The position numbers and the translations under genes are program-made. From positions 416,826,001 through 416,890,000 of the forward strand of contig JBNRSN020000003.1 in the NCBI GenBank assembly GCA_051313645.2: a stretch of 64,000 nt of DNA, in the 5' to 3' direction. The stretch comes from Centroscyllium fabricii (lineage: Eukaryota). The notes under the pieces were generated by a model. It saw nothing but the letters and a program-made list of their open reading frames with translations, was not told the origin of the DNA and ran no database searches. Below are positions 1-10,635 of the stretch, piece after piece (within the stretch, counting starts at the first letter, position 1; every line of letters begins with the position of its first letter).

Positions 1-119
1 ATCCCACTGAATTGGTGAATACTACTTGCCAAATGTTTAATTTCTGTGTTACACGAACACACGTAATAGTTTTTTTGTCATCTACAGATATTATTGGACC
101 ACAGAGCCGTACTTCAATA

Positions 120-784
120 CAGGTTGAACACCTTTAATCGGGCAACCAAAAAGCCGGCAACTTCAGTCGTCCGGCACAAATCGCCCTGACTGCCCTGCAC
201 ATGCGCAAAATGGCCGCCACGATTGAGGCTTCGGCGAATGATCTGCGCATGCACTCGCCGTTCGGCGGCTTATGCGCAGATCATTTGCCGAAGCCTCAAT
301 CGCGGCGGCCATTTTGCGCATGTGCAGGGCAGTCGGGGCGAGCAGACAGACAGGAGAGGGCAGGCGAAAGAGAGCAGCAGAGCCCACTCCAGCCTTTGAT
401 CCCGGCACATTCACACTCACCGTCCCGATTGCTTCAGGAGACGCCGACCCCATGGAAGGCAGCAGCGGCTTCAACAACGACTCGGACTCGGGAGGCCGAG
501 AGCTCCAGTGCCTCGGAGTCACTGGGAGACGAGGAGGAGAAGGAGGAGGCCTTCTCCGACCTGTCGGATGAGGAGCAGATGCCCGACATCAAGGGTACAA
601 CCTCGCGGCGGCCATTTGCAGATCATTCAAAACTTCGCGGTGGCCATTTGCAATGTTATGCGCATGCGCGCAGCCATTTTGAATGATGCGCGCATGCGCA
701 CTGGCCGGCTTCATTCTCCCGTTTGTTTCGGTATATCGGCGCAGGCCTAGTCCCGCCCGTGCCGAATTAACGGTGCACAACCTG
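120..784. mobile_element. Tigger/pogo-like non-autonomous TIR element (MITE) copy 1, with internal palindrome and coding-like cargo
   Basis: TA|CAGGTTGAACACCTTTAATC ... AATTAACGGTGCACAACCTG|TA; TA target-site duplication and CAGGTTG termini as in Tc1/mariner-pogo (Tigger4/MER46-like) elements. Confidence 0.85.
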
Positions 785-1780
785 TACTGCAAAGCACTTT
801 CAACTTGTGGGATCCATATGATACAATCTTATCATCGACACATAAGTACATATGGATTTTATATTACTGGCAGACTGTTTTGTGTGTCCACAAGATGCCT
901 GGATACCTCGCCAAGTTAGCAATGAAGCAACTCCCCTTAAAAATTGAGAATTAATTTGAAGAATTTATAAATGTCTACTTTGTTTATGCTCCCATTTTTT
1001 GGAATACATTTGTAATATTACATTATAAGAGAAAGTCAAAAATTATGCAGGAGAGTGGACACATCTTAATATAATTAAACTATAGATGTATTGGCTAACA
1101 AACACGATGGTGTTTTCCATCACTGTTTTGTTAACTTGAATGGCTGGGCAAAAGGTTTTCATTTTTACATTAATCCACTTTTGGGTGTGCTTTTCTACAG
1201 TTTTTGTGCTTAATGATTGATGAACAATTAAGCATCCCACAGAGTAATTGTAAGGATAAACATCAAAATAAGGTGATTTAAAGGTTAAGAGGGTGATAAC
1301 CTGGGAGAAGCACTTTCAATGATATTTTAATTTAAGGTGCTGATTTCTACAGACACTCTTTCCCTGTGGAAACTTACCATTTACAGGCTCTTGGCCAGAG
1401 AACAGCTCCAACACTGTGACTGGCACATCAAGGAGCAGGTGTGCAGCAATAAGCTGCAAATTGATATTTGGAGCCAGCCAGGCTACCAATCTAGAGTTGC
1501 CTGAGCTGGGAATAGTCAGTATCCGATGGCTACTGCTGCATACTCAGCCAGGACTGAGTTTTCCCAAACTGGGCAACTCTTTAAACTGAAATATACTCCC
1601 TCTACACTATCCTTATCTTTCAATCTAATGACAGCTGACAGTTTGATAACGCATACTGTGTATTAGCCACTGCCCTGTCATTTTCATATTAATACTTCAA
1701 ATGTTGCCGACTCTCTTTAAAAAAAAAAAAAAAAAAAAAGCTGAAGTTCTGAGTAGCAATGTGTATGTCTGCATATAGTA

Positions 1781-2443
1781 CAGGTTGAACTTCGTTAATC
1801 CGGCACCCGAAAAACCGGCAACTTCGATCGTCCGGCAACAATTTCCCCGACTGCCCTGCGCATGCGCAAAATGGCCACCGCGATCGATGCTCCGGCGAAT
1901 GATCTGCGCATGTGCCGCCAAACGGCAAGCGCATGCGCAGATCATTCACAATGGCCAAGCCGATCCCGAGCCGAGCCTGGCCGCTGCGAGCCTCCCCGAG
2001 CCTGGCCGCTGCGAGCCTCCCCGAGCCTGGCCGCTGCGAGCCTCCCCGAGCCTGGCCGCTCCGAGCCTGGCCGCTGCGAGCCTCCCCGAGCCTGGCCGCT
2101 GCGAGCCTCCCCGAGCCTGGCCGCTGCGAGCCTCCCCGAGCCTGGCCGCTGCGAGCCTCCCCGAGCCTGGCCGCTGCGAGCCTCCCCGAGCCTGGCCGCT
2201 GCGAGCCTCCCCGAGCCTGGCCGCTGCGAGCCTCCCCGAGCCTGGCCGCTGCGAGCCTCCCCGAGCCGGGTCTCCTCGAACGATCAGCGCATGCGCAGAC
2301 CACTCAAAATGGCTGCCGGCCTTTTGCGGTGGCCATTTTGAATGGTCTGCGCATGCGCTCGGCGAAACTGCAATCGTTCGGGATTTTCACTTGTCCAGAA
2401 TGGGTCTGGTCCCGCCCGTGCCGGATTAACGAACTTCAACCTG
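1781..2443. mobile_element. Tigger/pogo-like MITE copy 2, containing a 25-bp minisatellite
   Basis: TA|CAGGTTGAACTTCGTTAATCCGGCAC ... GTGCCGGATTAACGAACTTCAACCTG|TA. Confidence 0.9.
1971..2270 (+). repeat. 25-bp tandem repeat (CCGAGCCTGGCCGCTGCGAGCCTCC), about 12 copies
   Basis: Direct period of 25 nt with one shortened 15-nt unit near 2055-2070; no spacers. Confidence 0.95.
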
Positions 2444-2549
2444 TACTCATTAAAATCCACAATGAAATGAAAGGACTCTCTACTCCTGGGAAACCAGTAA
2501 TAGGAAGCTGATTTACTTGGCACGAGCATCCTTTGATTTAATTATAAAA

Positions 2550-2818
2550 GGAGAGGGGTAGCAGGTGCACGGGAACGCCACCACCTCCAAGTTGCACACC
2601 ATCCTGACTTAGAAGTATATTGCCAATCCTTCATCGTCGCTGGATCAAAATCCTGGAACTCCCTCCCTAACAGCACTGTGGGAGTACCTTCACCACACTG
2701 ACTGCAGCGGTTCAAGAAGACGGCTCACCACCACCTTCTCAAGGGCAATTAGGGATGGGCAATAAATGCTGGCCTTACCAGTGACGCCCACATCCCATAA
2801 ACGAATTAAAAAAAAAAT
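2550..2818 (+). mobile_element. 3' terminal fragment of a CR1/L2-group LINE
   Basis: Encodes degenerate ...SKSWNSLPNSTVG...LQRFKKTAHHHLLKGN*, followed by a 3' UTR and A tail; same tail as the SINEs at 21458 and 56827. Confidence 0.75.
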
Positions 2819-2847
2819 TCGACCAAACTTAGATTGGGTTAGGGTTA

Positions 2848-3425
2848 AGGTTGCGGAACACCTCCGTTCAGTCCGTAAGGGGGACCCCGAGCTTCCAGTC
2901 GCCTGTCACTTTAATTCTCCGCTCCACTCTGATCTCTCCGTCTTCGGCTTCTTACACTATTCCAATGAAGCTCAACGTAAGCTCGAGGAACAGCACCTCA
3001 TCTTTTGATTAGGCACTTTACAGCCTTCTGGACTCAACATCGAGTTCAACAATTTCAGGCCATAACCACGGCCATTTAAAAAAAAAATGTTTCTCTCATG
3101 ACAGCTGTTGTTGATTCTGCCATTTACACCTCATCTAGAGTAATTTTTGTTTCTTAACTTGTCCCATTACCATCTCCTTTTGCCTTGCACCATCATCCCT
3201 TATGTTTTTTAATCTCTCCTGCCTTCCAGCCTATCACAGACCTTCCCTTTTGTTCTTTCCTCCCCTCCTCCCTTTTCCTGCCTCTACACTTGCTTAAAAA
3301 TGTTACATCTCTAACCTTCTCCAATTCTGATGAAGGGTCATCAACCTGCAACATTAACTCTGTTTCTCTCTCTACAGATGCTGCCTGACCTGCTGAGTAT
3401 TTCCAGCATTTTCTGTTTTTACTTT
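2848..3425 (+). mobile_element. Penelope-like element 3' fragment (GIY-YIG endonuclease C-terminus plus terminal repeat region)
   Basis: AEHLRSVRKGDPELPVACHFNS...AQRKLEEQHLIF*LGTLQPSGLNIEFNNF is typical of the PLE GIY-YIG C-terminus; in-frame stop; pyrimidine-rich tail with a CTGATGA motif. Confidence 0.8.
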
Positions 3426-3503
3426 CATTTAATATTCTGTACGACAAAAAATGCCTCTCAGAGAGATGAAGAAGTGAGGAGAGAATGTAACGGAAGGAGC
3501 AGG

Positions 3504-4892
3504 GGGGCAAAAACGGGAGGGGGCGATGGGAGAAAGGGGGCGACGGGAGGAGAGAGGGGCGGCGGGAGGAGAGGGGGGGCGCGGCGGGAGGAGAGGGGGG
3601 GCGGCGGGAGGAGAGGGGGGCGGCGGGAGGAGAGGGGGGGCGGCGGGAGGAGAGGGGGGGCGGCGGGAGGAGAGGGGGGGGCGACGGGAGGAGAGGGGGG
3701 GGCGACGGGAGGAGAGGGGGGGGCGACGGGAGGAGAGGGGGGGGCGACGGGAGGAGAGGGGGGGCGACGGGAGGAGAGGGGGGGCGACGGGAGGAGAGGG
3801 GGGGCGACGGGAGGAGAGGGGGGGCGACGGGAGGAGAGGGGGGGCGACGGGAGGAGAGGGGGGGCGACGGGAGGAGAGGGGGGGCGACGGGAGGAGAGGG
3901 GGGGCGACGGGAGGAGAGGGGGGGCGACGGGAGGAGAGGGGGGCGACGGGAGGAGAGGGGGGGCGACGGGAGGAGAGGGGGCGACGGGAGGAGAGGGGGC
4001 GACGGGAGGAGAGGGGGCGACGGGAGGAGAGGGGGCGACGGGAGGAGAGGGGGCGACGGGAGGAGGGGGGGCGACGGGAGGAGAGGGGGGGCGACGGGAG
4101 GAGAGGGGGGGCGACGGGAGGAGAGGGGGGGCGACGGGAGGAGAGGGGGGGCGACGGGAGGAGAGGGGGGGCGACGGGAGGAGAGGGGGGGCGACGGGAG
4201 GAGAGGGGGGGCGACGGGAGGAGAGGGGGGGCGACGGGAGGAGAGGGGGGGCGACGGGAGGAGAGGGGGGGCGACGGGAGGAGAGGGGGGGCGACGGGAG
4301 GAGAGGGGGGCGACGGGAGGAGAGGGGGGGCGACGGGAGGAGAGGGGGGGCGACGGGAGGAGAGGGGGGCGACGGGAGGAGAGGGGGGCGACGGGAGGAG
4401 AGGGGGGGCGACGGGAGGAGAGGGGGGGCGACGGGAGGAGAGGGGGGGCGACGGGAGGAGAGGGGGGGCGACGGGAGGAGAGGGGGGCGACGGGAGGAGA
4501 GGGGGGGCGACGGGAGGAGAGGGGGGGCGACGGGAGGAGAGGGGGGGCGACGGGAGGAGAGGGGGGGCGACGGGAGGAGAGGGGGGGCGACGGGAGGAGA
4601 GGGGGGGCGACGGGAGGAGAGGGGGGGCGACGGGAGGAGAGGGGGGGCGACGGGAGGAGAGGGGGGGCGACGGGAGGAGAGGGGGGGCGACGGGAGGGGG
4701 AGACGGGAGGGGGCGACGGGAGGGGGCGACGGGAGGGGGAGGGGGCGACGGGAGGGGGCGACGGGAGGGGGGAGGGGGCGACGGGAGGGGGGAGGGGGCG
4801 ACGGGAGGGGGGAGGGGGCGACGGGAGGGGGGAGGGGGCGACGGGAGGGGGGAGGGGGCGACGGGAGGGGGGGGGGGAAATGAGGGTGACGG
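3504..4892 (+). repeat. G-rich ~20-bp minisatellite (GGGGGGGCGACGGGAGGAGA)n
   Basis: About 1.4 kb of near-identical units with G-run length varying 5-8; explains the long P/S/R and G/R/E ORFs. Confidence 0.97.
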
Positions 4893-4985
4893 GAAAGACA
4901 GCATGATTTATACAGCGCATTATCATGTCCCAAAGCACTTCACAACCAATGAAGTGCCTTTAAGTCAGTCACTGTTATGTTGCTG
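4893..4985 (-). mobile_element. Deu-SINE (SacSINE1-like) 3' tail fragment
   Basis: Reverse complement resembles AACAGTGACT...CTTCATTGG.TGT.AAG.GCTTTGGGAC...GCGCT.TATAAAT; similar to 21115-21205. Confidence 0.6.
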
Positions 4986-5622
4986 GAAGGTATTCATAAA
5001 TGAAAAATCATATTAAATATAAATTTTCAGAAAAGCAAATCCATTTATAAAAATAAACGGATTCTGACCCAATCTATACTTCAGATAGATCAAATTATGC
5101 AAAAATATTAGTCTTTAGTTCTCAAAGCATGAGGACCCATTAGGAACAAATATTCTTATAACTTTACCCGAGGGTACCAGAGGAAAACTTAAACATAAAA
5201 ATAAATGACAAGATTACAGAATTTTATTAAATAATCTCTTTGTAAATAAACATCTTTCTGTTCTTCTTAATGTACGATCCATTACAATATTTAGTAAACT
5301 TTTTCTTACTGGCACACTTAGTGCAGATATACAGTAAATGCTACAAAGTTATAGAATATGAAGATAATAAAATTAAACAGTCAAGGGTTAAGGATATTCA
5401 CCTATCTTTACACACAAAGGGATCTGATTGATGAACCGAAGATACAGTGCAGCCATCAGAAACTGTCGGCTGCAATATCCCAATTCCCTTCTTAGATTAC
5501 TTGGTACATGAAACACAGCACTGAGAATAAATCTGTGTACAGATTCAAAATTTACACAGTATACAATTACGTAATTAAGTCTAGTCTACTGAAAATCTGA
5601 TGCCCCGGGGATATATACTTAC

Positions 5623-5676
5623 ATTTTCAGGTATACTAGGAAGTTCTCGGCTATCGGGTGTAGTAAAGTACGAATG
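5623..5676 (-). CDS. DENND1A: DENND1A coding exon (equivalent to human exon 8), HSYFTTPDSRELPSIPEN
   Basis: ttttcttttggtAG acceptor, GTAAGT donor, 54 bp phase 0-0; matches recalled human HSYFTVPDTRELPSIPEN. Confidence 0.93.
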
Positions 5677-5877
5677 CTACCAAAAGAAAAAGATATTTAG
5701 AATCGTTTTCATAAAATGCGGTTTACAGAAAATGCACAAAACTGAAAGTATAATTATCTATTGTGCTATCAGCCATAATACAGAAATAAAGCTTTAGTTA
5801 CTTATAACAATCAATTTAATCTGTTTGTACCTATGCCAAGCTATGGAGCTAAAATTAAAATACAAATTATACTAGTA

Positions 5878-6342
5878 CAGGTTGAGCGCCGTTAATCCGT
5901 TACCTGAAACGCCGGCAACTTCAGTCGTCCGGTATAAATTGCCCCGACTGCCCTACGCATGCGCAAAATGGGCGCTGCGATCGATGCTTTGGCGAATGAT
6001 CTGCACATGCGCAGATCATTCAAAAACGGGCGCCGGACGAGCCGGGCCTTCCGTGACGTCAGGGCACGGCGGCTCGCGCCGCGTTTTGAATGTGCGGGTC
6101 CAGAGCGCCCACCATGGTGAAGTGCACGATTCCCCGGAGCAGCCTGCAGGCCGTCATCAGGAGGCACAAACTGCAGCTGAGACTCAGCAAGGACGTTTGG
6201 TGGCCATTTCCAATGTTGTGCGCATGCGCGCGGCCATTTTGAATGGTGCGCATGCGCACTGGCCGGATTCATTCTACCGGTTTTTTCGCTATACCGGCGT
6301 GGGCCTAGTCCCGCCCGTGCCGGTATAACGGTGCTCAACCTG
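5878..6342. mobile_element. Tigger/pogo-like MITE copy 3 carrying a CENP-W-like gene fragment
   Basis: TA|CAGGTTGAGCGCCGTTAATCC ... TATAACGGTGCTCAACCTG|TA. Confidence 0.9.
6114..6197 (+). pseudogene. CENPW: Captured CENP-W-like N-terminal coding fragment (MVKCTIPRSSLQAVIRRHKLQLRLSKDV) inside a MITE
   Basis: Strong Kozak context GCCCACCATGG; peptide aligns with recalled chicken CENP-W MRRTVPRGTLRKIIKKHKPHLRL and human ..APRGFLKRVFKRKKPQLRLEK; truncated by the MITE arm. Confidence 0.7.
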
Positions 6343-6654
6343 TACCATGATTTACTGCATTTTGGTTGCAAGGACTCAGTATGAGAGGAGCCCCAGTCAC
6401 TGCAATATAATAAACGTGACTTTGTGTGGAACACTAGGCAGTATTTTTAAAGTTTCGTGACCTATATTTATATATAATATACAAAAATATAGCATGGTAT
6501 AATGCATCCGCCACACTTCCTCAGTTCTAGCCAAATAGCTATTATTTCTATAAATTGTACAAATGCAGAATAGTGTTTTCATCGGTGCACCTTTTCAATC
6601 ATCATTAAATAGAATTTATAGCTTTTTGGAATCGCTGTTGCATCTGAAAAACAA

Positions 6655-6960
6655 GATTTCCGGTTCAATCCCTTATCAAGGGCTGATGGTAGGTTTGTTG
6701 TAACTGGTCTCAGCATCGTCAAGCTGCAGAGCGAAACATATCAGTCTTGATCCTAGCCAGGTACACTTGTGGGAAGTGCACATCTACGAATGTCGGGTGA
6801 GGACAGGATCAGGTTCAGCTGTGATAGTCGCCGTGTCAAGTAAACCATTCACATTCACTTTCCCGGTTCACACAGGAAGAATGACTAGTTAGATAAGGAA
6901 CTCAAAAGGCCAACTGACCATATCCAAGCATGAATCAGCACCATCAAAATTAGAGGGTTC
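6655..6960 (+). mobile_element. Old SINE relic, AmnSINE2-like
   Basis: GGTTCAATCCC B-box-like start; core ATGTCGGGTGAGGACAGGATCAGGTTCAGCTGTGAT...CACACAGGAAGAATG resembles the recalled AmnSINE2 consensus. Confidence 0.45.
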
Positions 6961-8482
6961 AGGGAAGCAAGTGAGAAGGAAGGGGAAGAAAAAGGTAATG
7001 AAAATTTGAACCATCAGAGAAAAAAAAGTTACTATCTTATTACTTCAGAAAAACTTTGCTGCTTTGACAAATTATGATGGAATTGTTTCCATGTGGAGTT
7101 GTCACTTTTACCTGTTTTCAGTGTCTCTTTTCTAATCTCACATTAACTCCCTCACCCATGAATTTGGAATTGTGATGCTAGTTTTTGTGCCACTGGGAAC
7201 TGAATTGAGACAGTTTGTTCTCATTTTAGCACTCTCGACAGCTGTTCAAAATACCTTCGCTCAGAATCTCCTCCTGATTTGGATTTGATCCCAGTCTCCT
7301 GCAGACAACTACAATATTTCAAAAAAATTTGAACCATTTTTTTCATCCCTTTCCATTTCAACTGTCTAGCTGCATCAACTGAACTGCTCAGTTCAAATGC
7401 TCCCACAGCAACTTAACAGCTAAAGGAAACAAAGCCATCCCATAAGCTGCTCTTTGATATCCTTTCCTGCTCCATTGCCCATGAAATGTTTAAGCAGAGG
7501 GCAGACTAGAAGCATTCTTTTGAACCAGGAGTATGAAATGCCTGAAATGAGCTGAACTATCCCATCAGACCCCAGTGCCTCCGAGACAACCTGCCCTTTA
7601 GGTCACACAGGCATGCTGTTCCTACGAAAGCTCTGCCCGGTAGAGCTGGGCCTCCTCCACAGCCAGCCAATGACCTGGCAAGGACAAACAACTGCTACCT
7701 GTCGATTAACATTAGAGAAGGACTGCTCAGCATCAGCTGCTTGCGGTTATCACTGGGCAAGAATTTGAGGAGGCGATTAAGTTGTTTAGATACACGTCAC
7801 TGGTCTGTAAAGGGGACATGTCACAGGTGACTAATTGTCTAAAAGCAGCAGAAAGACAAAATCGTTACAAGTATCACAGAATGTCAGATTCTTGTGGTAC
7901 AAGGCAAATCTCAAGATGCAATTGAAGTCTACAATTATTTCTCATATTACAATTACTATGTGACTGATGTGATTCAATAAAAATTAGCAAGCAATTATGA
8001 AAATAATGGTATCTTTCTCACATGCATGATCATTTTCAATTACAGATCAGCAGCAACTGCATATAAGCTGCCAAATCACATCATTTGTATTGGGATAGGA
8101 ATTATGCAGGGCAATACATTTTATCATCACTAGAAAGCAAATAAATAACCTGGTTAAATTACACAAAAGCCCAGAGACCTGGATCCAGACACGAGGCTCT
8201 AATGATTTAATAGCTGCAGAAATTTTCTCATCTTCATGTGGGTGCAGATATGTACCTATGTGCCACCCCGAGCCCCCTCCAATTAAAATTTCCCCCATTC
8301 CATTCCAAACAAACGAGGAGTGTCTGAGGCCAGGATTTGGAAGCAGCCACCTGGAATGCGGAGGCCTGCCTGGGACTGGAACAGTGCAAGTGGGATGGGG
8401 CCGGAGAGACTGAGTAGGGAGGACAGAAAGGGACGGAATAGGGAGGGCAGAGACTCCCTCAGGCCAGCAGTGAGCAAGTTGA

Positions 8483-8662
8483 TATAAGAACATAAGAACA
8501 GAAGAAATAGGAGCAGGAGTAGGCCAATCGGCCCCTCGCGCCATTCAACAAGACCATGGCCGATCTGATCCTAACCTCACATCTACTTTCACTCTCCATT
8601 CCGCCCAAACCCATGTGATCTCCCGGGAGAGGCGAAAAACCAGACAAAAATCCAGTGGCCAA
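8483..8662 (-). mobile_element. CR1 LINE 3' UTR fragment
   Basis: ATAAGAACATAAGAAC..AAATAGGAGCAGGAGTAGGCCAATCGG tail in reverse; homologous to 15400-15570. Confidence 0.85.
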
Positions 8663-9160
8663 TGTTTGGATCTTCCTGGATCTGGGAAGGACCAAGGTCT
8701 GGACTTGGAACAAAGTGATCGGGAAGGTTAGGAGAGAACACTTAGGGACTTTGGGACTGGGAGGAATCCAACAGGAAGGCCACAGGCTGCCTGGTTGGGA
8801 GGGAACCAGCAGGAAGGCAAATGCCTGCTTGGGCCAGCAATGCCACGCTGGGATTGGAGGCTGACTGCAGAGCAAGATTAAGAACAGAGTCATACGAATG
8901 AACCCCTGGTAACAGACACTTTAATGGTCAAGTAGTTAATATGGATCAATGACAGGTTAGGTATACCAGCAACATGCTTCCTATGGGACAATTAAATGTC
9001 TGCATGTGCACCGATTAAAAAAAAAAATTACGAGCAGGTCTCTCATGATTTTGCTCACGTTCAGTCAGAGAATACACCAAAGTATGATGACTAAAGCAGG
9101 ACAAGAAATTTGACGCAAACAGGAAGTGTGTGCTACATACAAGATGCTTAAAACGTAATA

Positions 9161-9673
9161 CAGGTTGAGCACCGTTAATCCGTTACCCGAAAAACCGGCA
9201 ACTTCGAACGTCCGGCAATAATTTCCCTGACTGCCCTGCGCATGCGCAAAATAGCCACCGCGATCGATGCTTCGGCGAATGATCTGCGCATGTGCCGCCA
9301 AACGGCGAGCGCATGCACTGATCATCCACAATGGCCAAGCCCTCCCCGAGCCTGGCCGCTGCGAGTCTCCCCGAGCCTGGCCGCTGCGAGTCTCCCCGAG
9401 CCTGGCCGCTGCGAGCCTCCCCGAGCCGGGCCGCTGCGAGCCTCCCCGAGCCGGGCCGCTACGAGCCTCCCCAAGCCGCTGCGAGCCTCCCCGAAGCTGG
9501 TCTCTCCGGACGATAAGCGCATGCGCAGACCACTCAAAATGGCCGGCGACCTTTCGCGGCGGCCATTTTGAATGGTCTGCGCATGCGCTTGCCGAAGCTT
9601 CAATCGTTCGGGATTTTCACTTTCCTGGCATGGGCCTGGTTCCGCCCGTGCCGGATTAATGGTGCTCAACCTG
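9161..9673. mobile_element. Tigger/pogo-like MITE copy 4 (same subfamily as copy 2, about 6 copies of the 25-bp unit)
   Basis: TA|CAGGTTGAGCACCGTTAATCC ... GGATTAATGGTGCTCAACCTG|TA; arms colinear with 1781-2443. Confidence 0.9.
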
Positions 9674-10635
9674 TATTGTATATAGATAAATACTGCACTT
9701 GTAACTTATCTATAAGGTCAATTGAAATAATGTAGCGTTCCAATAGAATCTAAATTCTTAACTAAGTACTAAAAGTTACTTTTTGTTTCCCATTTGAACT
9801 TTATAAACTTACCACGCACTCACAGACCAGCAAGAAAGTTGATGTTAGTGGTTTATGAGATCATAATGAGTGTACACAGGACAGTTTGGTAAATATAAGA
9901 GTAGTGTAATTAACATGACATTTTTTGATTATCTCCAAGAGTAATAACCAATTTGATACACTTCAAATAACAGAAACAAGACAGGATGATAGTGAATTCT
10001 TCTCACTGAAATCATAGACAGGGGTGGGGTGGGGTAAAGAGAAGGGGAAACAGTCTAATTTGCACTTCCATTTTTGCCCTCTTTTGTTTTCAAAGTTCCA
10101 GCCATGCCTTGCTCTGCTCCTTGGATCTCAAACTGCAAAAGTCAGCATTCACACTGCATCTACAAACTGCAGCTCCACCCTCAAACGCTGGGGGTTTGCA
10201 CACTGATTCAATCAGACATTGCTTCTGTTTGTGCACTGATGTAATAATGGAGTCTGATGCATCAATAACTTAAAGCAAAGCTTTAATCCACTACATTATC
10301 ACTATGTACAAAGACAGGTTTTACCATGCTTCCAGGTGAAGCGTTCCCCCCACACTGAGCAGTTCCAGTATTTATACTAATAGAAAACAGGAAGTGACAT
10401 GTACCCCTTAGCCTTCCCCCGGAAGTCTGTTCAATATTACCACATGCACCATCCTAAGTGACATGGTTAAGTGCAAACCAGTTCACTGCGATGCTGAAGG
10501 TGCTGTGTGAATACATCCTTTAGATAGACACAGCTAATTAAAACCCAAACACAACAGAGTTACAGAATTTTCCTACTGTATCACTATTATATATAAATGT
10601 GCAGAATTAAGTGCACAGTAGTACATTCCACTTAC

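Noticed and set aside
1689-2511. Repetitive ORFs and CRISPR-like appearance of the 25-bp array
   Set aside because: Head-to-tail repeats without unique spacers, inside a MITE, in vertebrate DNA with no cas genes.
3193-5016. Five ORFs of ~490-580 aa (Pro/Ser- or Gly/Arg-rich)
   Set aside because: Artefacts of a stop-free G-rich minisatellite, open in several frames on both strands.
7111-7419. Minus-strand segment with good acceptor and donor
   Set aside because: Stops in all three frames and no DENN similarity; no support as an exon.
10325-10376. 52-nt AG...GT segment where DENND1B has an extra cassette exon
   Set aside because: Not a multiple of three, weak donor, no similarity to the DENND1B insert.
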